This document shows positions 1-9,300 of a stretch of 64,000 bases of DNA, in pieces. How positions within the stretch are numbered: position 1 is the first letter of the stretch; each line of letters begins with the position of its first letter. The translations under genes were made by a program, and so were the position numbers. This DNA comes from a virus (taxonomy: Duplodnaviria > Caudoviricetes), in the IMG/VR virus record IMGVR_UViG_3300028591_000078, positions 160,001 to 224,000 of that record. One strand, written 5' to 3'. The notes below the pieces were generated by a model that was given only the letters and a program-made list of their open reading frames with translations, was not told where the DNA came from and searched no databases.

Positions 1-156
1 GTTAAATATGTTGGAGAATTATTCAAAACAATAAAGGAGACTAATTCTCCGTTAACCGAAGATCTTGGTGCTTATAAATTTGCTTTACCAAATGACGTTA
101 TGTTTCATGATCACTTAAAGAAATTAGACAAAGACCCTTTTAAAGATGAAGAATAA
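1..156 (+). CDS. 3' end of a hypothetical protein (partial)
   Basis: Frame 1 open from window start to TAA at 154-156 (..DKDPFKDEE*). Confidence 0.5.
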   Translation, partial: VKYVGELFKTIKETNSPLTEDLGAYKFALPNDVMFHDHLKKLDKDPFKDEE

Positions 157-279
157 TCGTGGATAGATATTCTATTTATATTTATAAATCTGGAGAGATA
201 ATTAAAGTATTTGAAATAACTCCGATGTCTTGTGTTTATCATTGGACATTAGTAACATTTCTTATTAGGAGGTATTAAT

Positions 280-603
280 ATGGTTATAAATTTTGATGGT
301 CCTATTGCAAAAATGGCGGCAGCATATACTATAGAACCTTTGGCTAAACCTGTACAAGTGAAATTATGTTTTGAACCAGATATAATATTATTATTCGATG
401 ATTATGTTAGATATGGGTCACAGCTAGGACTAGATATCAAAGAGCTTGAACAAGGCGAATCTATGATATATGGGCCAATGACTATTAAGCTTGATAAAGA
501 TAGTGTCTTTATAGAGTATAGTGAAGATATTGTCAAGCGCTATGCATTTATTGCAATAAAGTTTACAGAAGGAATTGTTATATCTAAGGATCTTGGAGAA
601 TAA
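280..603 (+). CDS. hypothetical protein
   Basis: ORF with AGGAGG RBS. Confidence 0.7.
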   Translation: MVINFDGPIAKMAAAYTIEPLAKPVQVKLCFEPDIILLFDDYVRYGSQLGLDIKELEQGESMIYGPMTIKLDKDSVFIEYSEDIVKRYAFIAIKFTEGIVISKDLGE

Positions 604-604
604 T

Positions 605-1309
605 ATGAATCCATTTGAACACATTGAAATTGTACAACACTCTAAAACAAATAGAGTATATAATCCATGCTTGAAGCTTACCATAGATATCAAGAATATC
701 CCTACATTCAATGATGAGGTCGCTAAGATAGCATGGTTAAAGTATATATTAGATAATAATAAGATTACTAAAGTATCTAGATTATGTAATAGATGCAGAA
801 GAACCCTATTAGATAATGAACAATATTGCTCTAACTGTGATTCTAAAAATATAAGGATATCTAAAGCCCAATGTATAGATATATTAATCACTAACACTAG
901 ACAGATATTAGAGATTCCTGTATCTATACAGAATATGGGTAAGAATTATTATACCTTAATAAATAGATTTGTTTTATTATTCCCAGGAGAATATTTAAAT
1001 ATCTTCGCAGCAAATGGAAAGAATATTGTAACTTATCCGAGCTTCACAGACTTCCCAGATGTGGAGGATGTAGAAACTATAGATTTGCTGGGAACGATTT
1101 TTTACGATGAATCGACTGGAGATACTTATATATTAGATTTTGAAGATATATACGAGTCTCTAGAAGATTTTTATCCAGTATCAGCAATGTATAATACTAT
1201 GGGATATAGATATGGGTTAAATTATATAAAGACAAAACCAGAAAACTTTCGATATATACTTGAACGATTTATATATTGGAATGATGAGAAATGGCAAAAT
1301 AAAGAGTAG
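605..1309 (+). CDS. hypothetical protein with zinc ribbon
   Basis: CNRC..CSNC motif; start at MNPFEH after GGAG; followed by hairpin terminator. Confidence 0.7.
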   Translation: MNPFEHIEIVQHSKTNRVYNPCLKLTIDIKNIPTFNDEVAKIAWLKYILDNNKITKVSRLCNRCRRTLLDNEQYCSNCDSKNIRISKAQCIDILITNTRQILEIPVSIQNMGKNYYTLINRFVLLFPGEYLNIFAANGKNIVTYPSFTDFPDVEDVETIDLLGTIFYDESTGDTYILDFEDIYESLEDFYPVSAMYNTMGYRYGLNYIKTKPENFRYILERFIYWNDEKWQNKE

Positions 1310-1336
1310 GGTCTAACCCTACTCTTTTTATTTTTA
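1301..1336. terminator. bidirectional intrinsic terminator
   Basis: aaagagtaggg-tctaa-ccctactcttt with flanking A/T tracts between convergent genes. Confidence 0.75.
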
Positions 1337-1438
1337 TTCTTCTTCGAGAGCCTTTCTTACAGCTTCACGCCATCTCAGCGGAACCTCTTCAAGAGTCATC
1401 TTACCCTCACGGATTCTTCTTACATAAATAGCAACCAT
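1334..1438 (-). CDS. CD1375/XkdX-like small tail-associated protein (34 aa, not in ORF track)
   Basis: Manual translation MVAIYVRRIREGKMTLEEVPLRWREAVRKALEEE; GGAGG RBS; directly downstream of XkdW-like gene. Confidence 0.8.
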   Translation of the reverse strand: MVAIYVRRIREGKMTLEEVPLRWREAVRKALEEE

Positions 1439-1451
1439 GGTTTCTTCCTCC

Positions 1452-1958
1452 TTAACCTATTAATCCAGCAAGCTCTACGATAGCATCCATATTTTCTTCT
1501 ACCATAGCTGTCTGCCTACGCTGATTCTTTTCAAGTTCAGAAAGTCTTGCAATCTCTACAGTATACAGAGGAATATACTGAGGATTAGGCATAGTAACTT
1601 CCTGAGTGTTTTCAGGATCTGTCTCTTCGGGCTGAGGAGGAATAAGTGTATACTTAGACTCGTCAAATACGAGCTTGCTAAGAAGTACAAACTCCTCAAG
1701 CAGTACCTTAGAATCCTCTATAACCTCACCCTGAGCTTCTTCAGAATCATCTGTTACAACAGTATGAACTTCGATCTCTGCAGTGTAATCTTCAGATTTG
1801 AAAATATTCTTAAGCTGATCAAAGTTTTCTACCTGATAACGATTGAAAGTAAATGTAGCAACTTCACGATCAGCCTTCTGGAACGATCTCTGGCTCTTAT
1901 TGAATGAAAGAGCTTCAAGAGTAGTTCCATTCTTAAATGTAATTGTAATCGTCTTCAT
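1452..1958 (-). CDS. putative tail fibre assembly/chaperone protein (XkdW-like)
   Basis: C-terminal coiled coil ending AIVELAGLIG; paired with CD1375-like gene; late promoter at 1987-1998. Confidence 0.55.
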   Translation of the reverse strand: MKTITITFKNGTTLEALSFNKSQRSFQKADREVATFTFNRYQVENFDQLKNIFKSEDYTAEIEVHTVVTDDSEEAQGEVIEDSKVLLEEFVLLSKLVFDESKYTLIPPQPEETDPENTQEVTMPNPQYIPLYTVEIARLSELEKNQRRQTAMVEENMDAIVELAGLIG

Positions 1959-1986
1959 TACAACAATTCCTCCTTATAGAATTATT

Positions 1987-1998
1987 TATTATAAAGTT
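1987..1998 (-). promoter_or_regulatory. late-type phage promoter AACT-N6-TA
   Basis: AACTttataaTA; motif recurs upstream of at least 13 other genes. Confidence 0.6.
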
Positions 1999-2030
1999 AG
2001 CTAAGTAGTGTTAAACTTGAATATTTTGAT

Positions 2031-2041
2031 TACATACTATA
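2031..2041 (+). promoter_or_regulatory. early-type phage promoter (ATAYTAT)
   Basis: attttgatTACATACTATA; same motif at 26253, 53440, 56719, 61054, 63490 and on the minus strand near 31135, 32990, 52960. Confidence 0.55.
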
Positions 2042-2061
2042 AAGATGAAAGGAGTAGTAAT

Positions 2062-2490
2062 ATGGAAACTGCAAAAGAATTTTTTGATGAGTTCTTAGAT
2101 ATGAGAGAAGACCTTCCTGAGTTAGTATTTGACAAGTCTAGTTCTAAAGTATATAAAGTAGATAGTGACACATTACATCAGATGAATTTGCGTCTTTATG
2201 ATTCAAATGACAGCAATTATTTTGAGATAAAGATAAATGTATCTCTTTTAAAAGAAGATGATTCTGGTGAAGAAATAGAACGTATGTGGATACATATATC
2301 AAAAGATGGTAAAGATAAAGGTGGTATATACCTTCGTATGTATAATTGGTCTAACTACTATTCTATATATAAGGATAAGATCAAAGATATTATATGTGAT
2401 ATATGGAAAAAATATGGAACAGATTCTGATTTCATAGATTTTGCATGCGATCTAATAAAGATTATCCATAATCATTGTCTAGGTATATAA
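2062..2490 (+). CDS. hypothetical early protein, paralog family A
   Basis: AAGGAG RBS before METAKEFF; highly similar to N-terminal third of next ORF. Confidence 0.75.
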   Translation: METAKEFFDEFLDMREDLPELVFDKSSSKVYKVDSDTLHQMNLRLYDSNDSNYFEIKINVSLLKEDDSGEEIERMWIHISKDGKDKGGIYLRMYNWSNYYSIYKDKIKDIICDIWKKYGTDSDFIDFACDLIKIIHNHCLGI

Positions 2491-2519
2491 TATACGTAAT
2501 AACAAAAAGGAGTAGTAAT

Positions 2520-3800
2520 ATGGAAACTGCAAAAGAATTTTTTGATAAATTTTTAAACATGAGAAAAGCTCATCGTGAGCTAGTATTTGACAAGTCTAGT
2601 TCTAGAGTATACACACCAAATAGTAATATATCGCATCAAATGTTTTTACGTCTTTGTGATTTAGATGATAGCAACTATTTTGATATAGAGATAAATATAT
2701 ATGCTTTAAAAGAGGACAATTCTTGTGAAGAAATAGAACGTATGGTGATACATATAATGAAAGATGATGAAGAGGAAGGAAATATATATCTCCGTATGTA
2801 CCACTGGATCAATTATTATTTTATAGATGTAGATAAGATCAAAGAGACTATATATGGTATATGCAGAAAATATGGAGTAGATTCCAATTTCTTAGATTTT
2901 ACATGCAATCTAATAAAAATCATCGATAACTATTGCTTAGGTATGTATCCATATACAATAACAGAAAGGAATGATAATATGGAGCATTTAAATTTAGATA
3001 AGGCATTTAATATTATCTTTGATAAGAAAATGTCAATGGCCAAAATAACCTATGAGGTATCATTTTATGAAAACTCTGTATGTAATTCAGTTAGTGCAGA
3101 TGTCTATATAACTAACCCTAAAGTATTTTCTATTCACTTTACTCATTATATTAAAGAGAAAGATAAAATTCGGGTTATAAATTACAATGTCAAGGATTCT
3201 CTATTTACCCCTCCTGATATAATGGTTGATAATAAAACTGGTGATATAGATATATTTACCAATTCTAAAAATGGAGATGAAGGATTCAAAAGAATATCTG
3301 TAGAAGAACTGAGCGTTATACTCAATAAGCATGCTTTAAATAAGGAAGTGTCAGATCTTTTTAGTGAGATTACCTTATTAATAGGAGATATGCAAGAGTT
3401 TGCTAAGACTCGAATAAAACCATCCGGCCCTGATATTATAGAGTGTATAAGCAAATATGGATATAAAGTCTATAATATAAAAGCCACTGATGATAGTCAG
3501 GCATCTATTATAATTAAACGTCATGAGCCTGATGCTGAGTGCGAGGATGGGTATGATATATTAGTAAATACTATAGAAAAAGAAGGAGATATTCTGATTA
3601 GTAAAACTAATACAGAGAAATTCTTGATAGATATTGATGATCTAATATCTAATCTCTATATCTTTGATAAAGAAAATAACCTGTATAAGCGTATTAGTGG
3701 AAGTGATTTATTTGATACTTATTATATAGAAGGTCATTTTCCAAAACTCTTAGATGCAGAACTTCGTTATGCTATCTATGATATATGCTTTGAATTATAA
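2520..3800 (+). CDS. hypothetical early protein, fusion of family A and family B paralogs
   Basis: N-part repeats 2062..2490; internal RBS plus ATG at 2979; C-part ends FPKLLDAELRYAIY like 3815..4648. Confidence 0.7.
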   Translation: METAKEFFDKFLNMRKAHRELVFDKSSSRVYTPNSNISHQMFLRLCDLDDSNYFDIEINIYALKEDNSCEEIERMVIHIMKDDEEEGNIYLRMYHWINYYFIDVDKIKETIYGICRKYGVDSNFLDFTCNLIKIIDNYCLGMYPYTITERNDNMEHLNLDKAFNIIFDKKMSMAKITYEVSFYENSVCNSVSADVYITNPKVFSIHFTHYIKEKDKIRVINYNVKDSLFTPPDIMVDNKTGDIDIFTNSKNGDEGFKRISVEELSVILNKHALNKEVSDLFSEITLLIGDMQEFAKTRIKPSGPDIIECISKYGYKVYNIKATDDSQASIIIKRHEPDAECEDGYDILVNTIEKEGDILISKTNTEKFLIDIDDLISNLYIFDKENNLYKRISGSDLFDTYYIEGHFPKLLDAELRYAIYDICFEL

Positions 3801-3814
3801 GGAGGTATAATACT

Positions 3815-4648
3815 ATGACAGAATTAAACAAATTATTTCAGATGGCATTTCTTAGAGGTGCAGAGAAGAAAGCTTATGCGCCTGTAACTCTTGAAACCAG
3901 TTTCTATGATGCAGAGGGCACAACTAACAATATCAGCGTAGATATCTATATACAAAACTCTGGAAGCTTTCTGTTTCACTTCGATAATGAAGTAGTTGGT
4001 AATGATGTATTTGATATTAAATCTAATGCATTATTACCTGATATAAAAATAGATGACCATACCGGTCTTATATACGTAGAAACAGAAAGTACAGAGACTG
4101 CTCACACCTATACACAAACCAACTTTAGTGAGATAAATACAAGAATCTCTAATCTTGATATTATTAAAAGATTACCTCCCAAATCAGAATCAAGAGAAGA
4201 AGTAGATAAATTCTTCGATAGGATAATTACACTGATGCATCAGATGCAAGAATTTGCGACTAATCGCTTAAAAGTATCTGGTGATGATATCAGAAATGGT
4301 ATTGCAATGGATAGGTATAAAGTTTATAATATACAACATGCATATCCTAACTGCATGGCTACTATTATAATTAAAGAAGTTCCGTTAACAGAAACAAAAA
4401 AGCATTGGATTATAGAAGTAAGATCTATTGAATCTAGTAGATTTTATAAGAATGCTTATATAAACAGCTTTAATTCCGAGAGTTTTATGATTAAGGATGA
4501 TCAGTTGTATATCTTCGATAAAGAAGAAAGTGTATATAGACCTATCAATAGAGGTATACTCTGGGACGATGTAATAACGACAGATTTCCCTAAGTATTTA
4601 GATGCAGAGCTTCGTTATGCTATCTATGAGATATGGTTTAACTTATAA
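3815..4648 (+). CDS. hypothetical early protein, paralog family B
   Basis: AGGAGG RBS; shares MQEFA, YKVYNI and LDAELRYAIY motifs with previous ORF. Confidence 0.75.
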   Translation: MTELNKLFQMAFLRGAEKKAYAPVTLETSFYDAEGTTNNISVDIYIQNSGSFLFHFDNEVVGNDVFDIKSNALLPDIKIDDHTGLIYVETESTETAHTYTQTNFSEINTRISNLDIIKRLPPKSESREEVDKFFDRIITLMHQMQEFATNRLKVSGDDIRNGIAMDRYKVYNIQHAYPNCMATIIIKEVPLTETKKHWIIEVRSIESSRFYKNAYINSFNSESFMIKDDQLYIFDKEESVYRPINRGILWDDVITTDFPKYLDAELRYAIYEIWFNL

Positions 4649-4658
4649 GGAGGATAAT

Positions 4659-5057
4659 ATGGAACTTGATAAAAAATTATTCGAAAAGGTAATAGATTTA
4701 AAGGGATCATTTGATATTATAACTGATGAAAGAATGGTCTGTGTAGGACCATTATATTATAAGAAGGCTAAATTAGCTATCAATATAATTTCTTTTAAGA
4801 ATGCTGATAATGATCATTTAATCATGGCTGATATCACAATACACGAATCAGACTATGGTAAAGATGAAGAGAAAACGAATCTTACGCTCAGGTTATATGT
4901 AAACACTGGAGTGTTCTTGTTTAACTTACCATATAGATCACTTGGGCTAGAGAAAGATAAAGATGCAGTTTTATATAAAATGAACCGTCTTACTTACCAA
5001 GAGTTCGAGGATGTAAACAAAGCGGTTATAGATCTAATGTATAGCTATATCAAATAA
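4659..5057 (+). CDS. hypothetical protein, paralog family C (1 of 4)
   Basis: MELD..FDIITD..FEDVNKA motifs; AGGAGG RBS. Confidence 0.75.
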   Translation: MELDKKLFEKVIDLKGSFDIITDERMVCVGPLYYKKAKLAINIISFKNADNDHLIMADITIHESDYGKDEEKTNLTLRLYVNTGVFLFNLPYRSLGLEKDKDAVLYKMNRLTYQEFEDVNKAVIDLMYSYIK

Positions 5058-5068
5058 GGGGGTATAAT

Positions 5069-5476
5069 ATGCAGTTTGATAGAAAAGTAGTAGATAAGGT
5101 GCTGAGTCGAAAACGGACATTTGATATAATAACAGATAAAAGACTCTGCACTGATTCTGACTCAGTATGCCATACTGTTAAATTGGAGATCAATATAATA
5201 GCATATAAGAACAAAAAAGGTATTCTTGAAGATGTCATTGCTCATATATTGATATATCATGATAACTCTAAAAATGAAGTATGGCGTAAAGTTGAATTTG
5301 ACTCCCAAAAGGGGTCATTTTTGATCTATTTTACTAGACCGGATAGTTGGTCTGCCTTGACAAGCATCTATTATGATAAGGATGTAGTTATCGATAAGAT
5401 AAATAGCATTACCGGTAAAGAGTTCGAGGATGTAAACAAGGCTATTGTCGAGCTAATGCTAAGCTACAAAGATTAA
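5069..5476 (+). CDS. hypothetical protein, paralog family C (2 of 4)
   Basis: Same motifs. Confidence 0.75.
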   Translation: MQFDRKVVDKVLSRKRTFDIITDKRLCTDSDSVCHTVKLEINIIAYKNKKGILEDVIAHILIYHDNSKNEVWRKVEFDSQKGSFLIYFTRPDSWSALTSIYYDKDVVIDKINSITGKEFEDVNKAIVELMLSYKD

Positions 5477-5488
5477 AAAGGAGGTATT

Positions 5489-5884
5489 ATGGAACTTGAC
5501 AGAAAAGAAGTAGACAAGGTATTAAGGCTTAAAAGAACGTTTGACATCATAACAGATAGAAGACTCTGTATTGATTCTGATTTAATATCTCATGATGTCA
5601 AATTAAAAGTCAATATAAGATCCTATAAGAATAGCTATCACGATCTTATAATTGTTTCTAATGTTACAATACAATATGATTCTAAAAATCACGGTTTTAG
5701 TATTAAGCTTAATGCAGACAGAGGATCATTCTTGATCAATCTTACTTCGGCTACTTTGTCTACACCAGTAGGAATATTTTATGATGAGGATGTAGTTCTC
5801 GATAAGATGAATAGTTTTACTTATAAAAGATTTAATGATATAAATAAAGCTGTTGTTGATTTGATGATGAGCTATATCGAATAA
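5489..5884 (+). CDS. hypothetical protein, paralog family C (3 of 4)
   Basis: Same motifs. Confidence 0.75.
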   Translation: MELDRKEVDKVLRLKRTFDIITDRRLCIDSDLISHDVKLKVNIRSYKNSYHDLIIVSNVTIQYDSKNHGFSIKLNADRGSFLINLTSATLSTPVGIFYDEDVVLDKMNSFTYKRFNDINKAVVDLMMSYIE

Positions 5885-5898
5885 AATGGAGGTACAAT

Positions 5899-6315
5899 AT
5901 GGAACTTAGTAGAAAAACGGTAGATAAGGTATTGGGATTAAAAAAGACCTTTGATATCATAACAGATAAAAAACCAATTCGCCTAAAGTATGACGCCGAT
6001 TTGGTAAGTGATATCGAAGCTAAACTAAAGATCAGTATAGCATCTTATAAGAATACTGATGGTGATCTTATAATTATTACTATCGTCAAAATGTATTATG
6101 TAGATCATAGACTACTCTTTTTTAATATTAAGCTAAATGCAAATAATGGAGCATTTTTAATTGATCTTATTAGGCCCCGAAGGTATTGGTCTGGCCAGGA
6201 AGTAGTATTTTATGATAAAGATGATGTTCTTGATAAGATGAACTTTCTTACATCTCGGGAATTTGAAGATGTAAATAAAGCCATATTAGATCTGATGTCG
6301 AGCTACAAAGAATAA
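5899..6315 (+). CDS. hypothetical protein, paralog family C (4 of 4)
   Basis: Same motifs. Confidence 0.75.
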   Translation: MELSRKTVDKVLGLKKTFDIITDKKPIRLKYDADLVSDIEAKLKISIASYKNTDGDLIIITIVKMYYVDHRLLFFNIKLNANNGAFLIDLIRPRRYWSGQEVVFYDKDDVLDKMNFLTSREFEDVNKAILDLMSSYKE

Positions 6316-6351
6316 AATAATAAGGTAGGCGTAATGCCTACCTTATTTTTT
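6316..6351. terminator. bidirectional intrinsic terminator
   Basis: aataaggtaggc-gtaat-gcctaccttatt between convergent genes. Confidence 0.8.
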
Positions 6352-6357
6352 GTATAA

Positions 6358-9300
6358 TTATGAATGATAACCATACCAAGCGCCAGAAGGACAGTTAGTA
6401 GTCGTTGCCGCTGCAGTACCAGAAGCAAGATGTCTAAGAGCCTGAGTTCCGTATGCTGTAGAATGGTGATCATGTGATGCAGCCGCATATGCTGTAGAAG
6501 CAGTATATGCTGCAGATCCAAGTCCCTTAACAGCAACATTAGCACTAGTACCATTGGTATTTACACTAATTGTACCATTTGAAGAACCTGTAGCTATAGA
6601 TCTTACACCAGAGTTAGAGAAAGTTGTACCACTAAGAGATATACCAGTACCTGCAGAATAAGTGGTATTTGTATCAGTAAACTTCGGCGAAGATCCTACT
6701 GTAACGCCATTGATCTGTGTAACATTAAGGTTACCAGTAGAAGGATTAAAAGTCAAATTACTATTCTTTCTAGCTCCTTCTGTTCTAGTGGTGTTATCTG
6801 CTGTTACAGAAAACAGAACTTCATAGTTTGCATTTGTAGAAGTAGCTGTCTGAGTAACCGCATTATTAGTATTTGTATCAGCAGGAGTTGTAAATATAAT
6901 AGATTTACCACCAGCTGTAAGCTGATACTTAGTATTAGCGGCGAGGGATATAGAACTTGTACCACTAGAAGCGGCAAGAGCTATAGTATGGTCATGTCCA
7001 GTTGGAGCTGCACCTACTTCACTTGCAGTATATGTAGGCTTGGTAGATGCTTGCGCCCATGCATATACTGTAGGAATGTCTGATGTATAAGCAATTTTCT
7101 TCCAAGCTTCCCATGATGTTGTAGCACCTATACGATGGTAAAGGCCAGTATCATTGAAAGCTAATTCATGAGACTTACCACCAGAATTATCAGACCAACC
7201 TCTAAGGCCAATAAGATAAGAGTAAGTATCATCAGAAGGAGATCCTATTGTAGCCTTTGATTTAAGGCCCATAAATGTAAATGTATTGGAATAGCTATTA
7301 GGTGTTGTTGCAACATTTCTTTGATCTCCAATAGTTGCAAGACTATAATGTGTATGACTAGCGGCCGCGGCACCTATACTTGCTGGTGTATGACTATGAG
7401 ATGAAGCGGCATATGCTGTAGAGTCGGTATATGCTGCAGATCCAAGACCAAGTATAGTCTTTATATTTGCAAGAGAACTCTTTCTAAGATATCCATCAGA
7501 GTTAGCATATATAATATAGCTAGATGTAGTCGGAGTTTCTGCACCAGATGACTGGTTTAGATAAGTGGCAAATATATAACCACTAGAGGTACGCTTAACA
7601 AGTGTAGAATTTGTAGCACTATCTGAAATTGTAGGAAGATCAGTAATCTGAGATACTGTATGAGTATGACTTGCAGGTGCGGCATAACTAGACCAGTTAT
7701 TAGTGTCTAATAATGTAGCCCAACCAGACCAAGTTTTTTGATTCATATACCTATGACCAATGGTAAGACTATTATCATCAATATATATCTGATGACCATA
7801 AGAATCAGACCATGGTATATCTATTATCATACCATCTGTATAAGATCCACATACCGAATTAGATACTTTACAAGCAGTTACATATCCAGGATAATGGAAT
7901 GCATTTGCTGCATCAGCAGTTGTACATTGAGCTCTCATAGCCATTTCAGTATGATCATGTCTAGTAGGCGCAGCTCCAACTTCAGATGCAGTATAAGTAG
8001 GCTTTGTACTTGCTTTGGCCCACGCATATACATCACTTGCAGGCATAGATGACGGGAAATCTGTAATCTGAGACTTAGTATGAGTATGCCCTTTAAGTGA
8101 CGGAGGCTGAGCAGTTACAGTAGTCTGAAGAGTTGTAAGACTGGATACATTGCTTATTGTAAAGAGTCCTGCAAAATTATCTATCTGAGTATAGCCGTTA
8201 GTCACATTACTAATGGAAACACCAGTATAATCACCACCATCGAATCCTACCCAAAGATTATTAGCAGAATCGTATCCAAAGTATACATTAATAGCAGCAT
8301 TAGTAGAATCTCCTAATACAACTGCTGTTGGAGAATACCAATGACTGTTACCATACTGATATCCAGATATAAGTACAGATGTAGCTCTATAGCTCTGATA
8401 CAGGTTTACTACAAATGAAAGCATCCAAGAAGTAGTACTATTAATCTTTATCTTAATCTTAGTAGTATTGCCTGTTCCACCATAATGGAATTTATGAGTA
8501 TATACTGTATCATGGTTGTGACCAGATGTTGCAGCTCCTATATTTGCAGGAGTAACTCTCTGCCATGTATTATCGTTTCTAAGGAATATCGAATTATTAG
8601 CAGTCTGTGTATCAGGTACATGGTTACCATGTGAAGTAAGTGCATAATCACCAGCATTCTTAGTAACAATAGTACCAAAGGCACCTTTCTTACAATATTC
8701 AAGATTAGAACTCGTATCCGCATATGCACCATTCCAATATGCTAATGTATTAGAAGTAATCAGTATATTGTCTGCCGAAGTTGAAGTCCATCCTAATGGA
8801 CCGCCCTTAGTATTATTTCTAGCAGTTACATTAAATGTAGTTCCAGAGAGTGTCAAATGTGTACCAGCAGAATAAGTAGTATTATTATCAGCAGGCATAG
8901 TAAAGATATATGACTTACCGCCAGCTGTAATCTGATACTTGCCACCATGTGCCAGAGTAATCTGATTAGTTCCTGTAGATTCAGCGATACTTATAGCATG
9001 TGTATGGCCACTAGTAGCTGCATAACTACTATAGTTGCTTGTAGTCAGAACCTCATTGATATTCTTCCATGTAGTAGTATTACCTTTAGCACCATTAAAC
9101 AGGAACATTCTAGGAGCAGCATCTTGCTTAATTATACCTAAACCTGTAGACCACGGTACATCATTACCTGAATAAGTATCCATGAGCAAGCAGTCTGCAT
9201 AAGTCGGGAATCCAGAAAGACCCTTAGGATTATTCATCATAACGAATCTTACTGTTGCATTAGATACAGCAGAAGGTGTAAGCTGTCCACCATTACCAGA

